Shown here: positions 62,842 through 64,000 of the stretch, piece by piece
Layout: each line of letters starts with the position of its first letter
Numbering within the stretch: position 1 is the first letter of the stretch
Assembly (NCBI RefSeq): GCF_006345805.1
Contig: NC_042999.1
Span: 67,146,001-67,210,000, forward strand
Direction of reading: 5' to 3'
Source of the DNA: Octopus sinensis
Lineage: Eukaryota
Length of the DNA stretch: 64,000 nucleotides
Position numbers and translations under genes: made by a program
Notes under the pieces: model-generated
What the model saw: the letters and a program-made list of their open reading frames with translations, nothing else
What the model was told of the DNA's origin: nothing
The model's database searches: none

Positions 62842-63118
62842 ATCTAGATAGTCAGGCTGCTGCTGGAAAAATAACTTGTAATCAATGTGGTATGACTTGG
62901 AAATCCCTTGCAAGCTTTAAGAGCCAGATGAGACATCATGTGTGATAAGGAAACCAACAAAGAACAAAGCGTTTCTTAGAATGAATTGAGTTTAAGAGGT
63001 GGACTTATTTGGTCACAAGTTGACCTCCACCGCATGTGTGTGTGTGTGTGTGTATTTGGGTATTTCTATCTACTTACAAATGAAACAAACAAGATACTAA
63101 TAAATAATGCACACTTAC

Positions 63119-63235
63119 TGCCATCTTTTCTCCAATGACACATTTCTGCTTGTCGCCGAGTTCTTCAGAAAACATGATGAGGTCATGCAGCTGGCAGACA
63201 ATTTGCAAACCGGAATGGCCATTACAGATAATCTC
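63119..63235 (-). CDS. RFC4: Replication factor C subunit 4, penultimate coding exon
   Basis: cgcag acceptor, gtaagt donor, phase 0-0; EIICNGHSGLQIVCQLHDLIMFSEELGDKQKCVIGEKMA vs human [38 protein letters not shown]. Confidence 0.92.
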
Positions 63236-63860
63236 CTGCGTAAATTAACAGTGAGTATTATATTGCTTACTTGGTTCATGATGAAGGTGGTGGTGGTGAT
63301 GATGGTGATGATGATGAAGATGATGATGAGGTTGCATGTAGATGAGGATAAACTTAAATTTGAGAAGCAACAAAATGAACAATTGGTAGCATAAAAGAAG
63401 ATGAGAATTATTTCTAATTTAGGCACAAGACTAGCAATTTTGAGGAGAAGGACCAAGTGGATTACACTGACTTAAGTACTTGACTAGTACTTTATTTTAT
63501 TGACCATGAAAGGATAAAAGTCAAAGTTGATCGTGGCAATATTTGAACACAGAATGTAAAGAACCAGAAGAATTACAGGTTGTCATTGACTTATGACCAA
63601 TTGACTTTATGACAATTGGTGCGCCAGCAATACTAAACACTCCAGTTGAAATCTAATGGGTTTAATTTCTTAGAAATCAATCTGTCTACGGATGATGTCA
63701 GCTAACAAACGCTTCTCCTAGGTTTAGTTATCAATCACCACTGTGCTTATTCCGAGTGCTGGATGAATATCCTGTTGGGAGACATTGAGGCAGCCTCATA
63801 TTTGTTAATAAGATGACTGTTTGAGACTCTGACATTTTTTGACTAATGCCAGTATAATAG

Positions 63861-64000
63861 TATTGGGTCGTCCAGAAAGTTCGTGCCGATTTTTAAAGGA
63901 AAGAAAAAGGTCAATAAATACTTGCCATTACATTTTTAATCAACCAAATATGAACCATTTTGAAGCACAATGCGTCTCCATCTTTCCTTTAACTTGAAAA
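63861..64000 (-). mobile_element. 3' end of a third mariner element (runs off the window)
   Basis: FKLKERWRRIVLQNGSYLVD*; TA plus TIR TTGGGTCGTCCAGAAAGTTCGTGCCG. Confidence 0.8.

Noticed and set aside
62855-62945. CxxC..H peptide ITCNQCGMTWKSLASFKSQMRHHV
   Set aside because: Degenerate single finger, most likely a LINE 3' remnant; the 103-aa ORF containing it runs through repeats
63107-63456. ORFs of 95 aa (+) and 113 aa (-) in the supplied track
   Set aside because: Off-frame or antisense overlaps of the RFC4 exon 63119-63235 plus a GAT microsatellite

Overview
AT-rich, microsatellite- and repeat-dense eukaryotic DNA; the repeat families suggest a coleoid cephalopod such as Octopus (inference). 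Almost all ORFs in the supplied track are artefacts of SINEs and simple repeats. Two real genes converge. On the + strand, 14 phase-consistent GT-AG coding exons (22336-52004, about 514 codons) encode a leukotriene A4 hydrolase / M1 aminopeptidase; its first ~100 codons were not found in the window. On the - strand are the last two coding exons of RFC4 (63119-63235, 58067-58165). The rest consists of tRNA-derived SINEs, RTE-type LINE 3' ends, non-autonomous Helitrons, mariner/maT, hAT and TTAA-specific MITEs. The most unusual signal is a set of several unrelated hammerhead-ribozyme (HHR) motifs, mostly in inverted-repeat, Penelope-like arrangements. One is a tRNA-headed (Pol III-type) HHR element inserted as a head-to-head palindrome between 13-bp target-site duplications. 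All calls come from reading and translating by eye; no database search or folding program was run.
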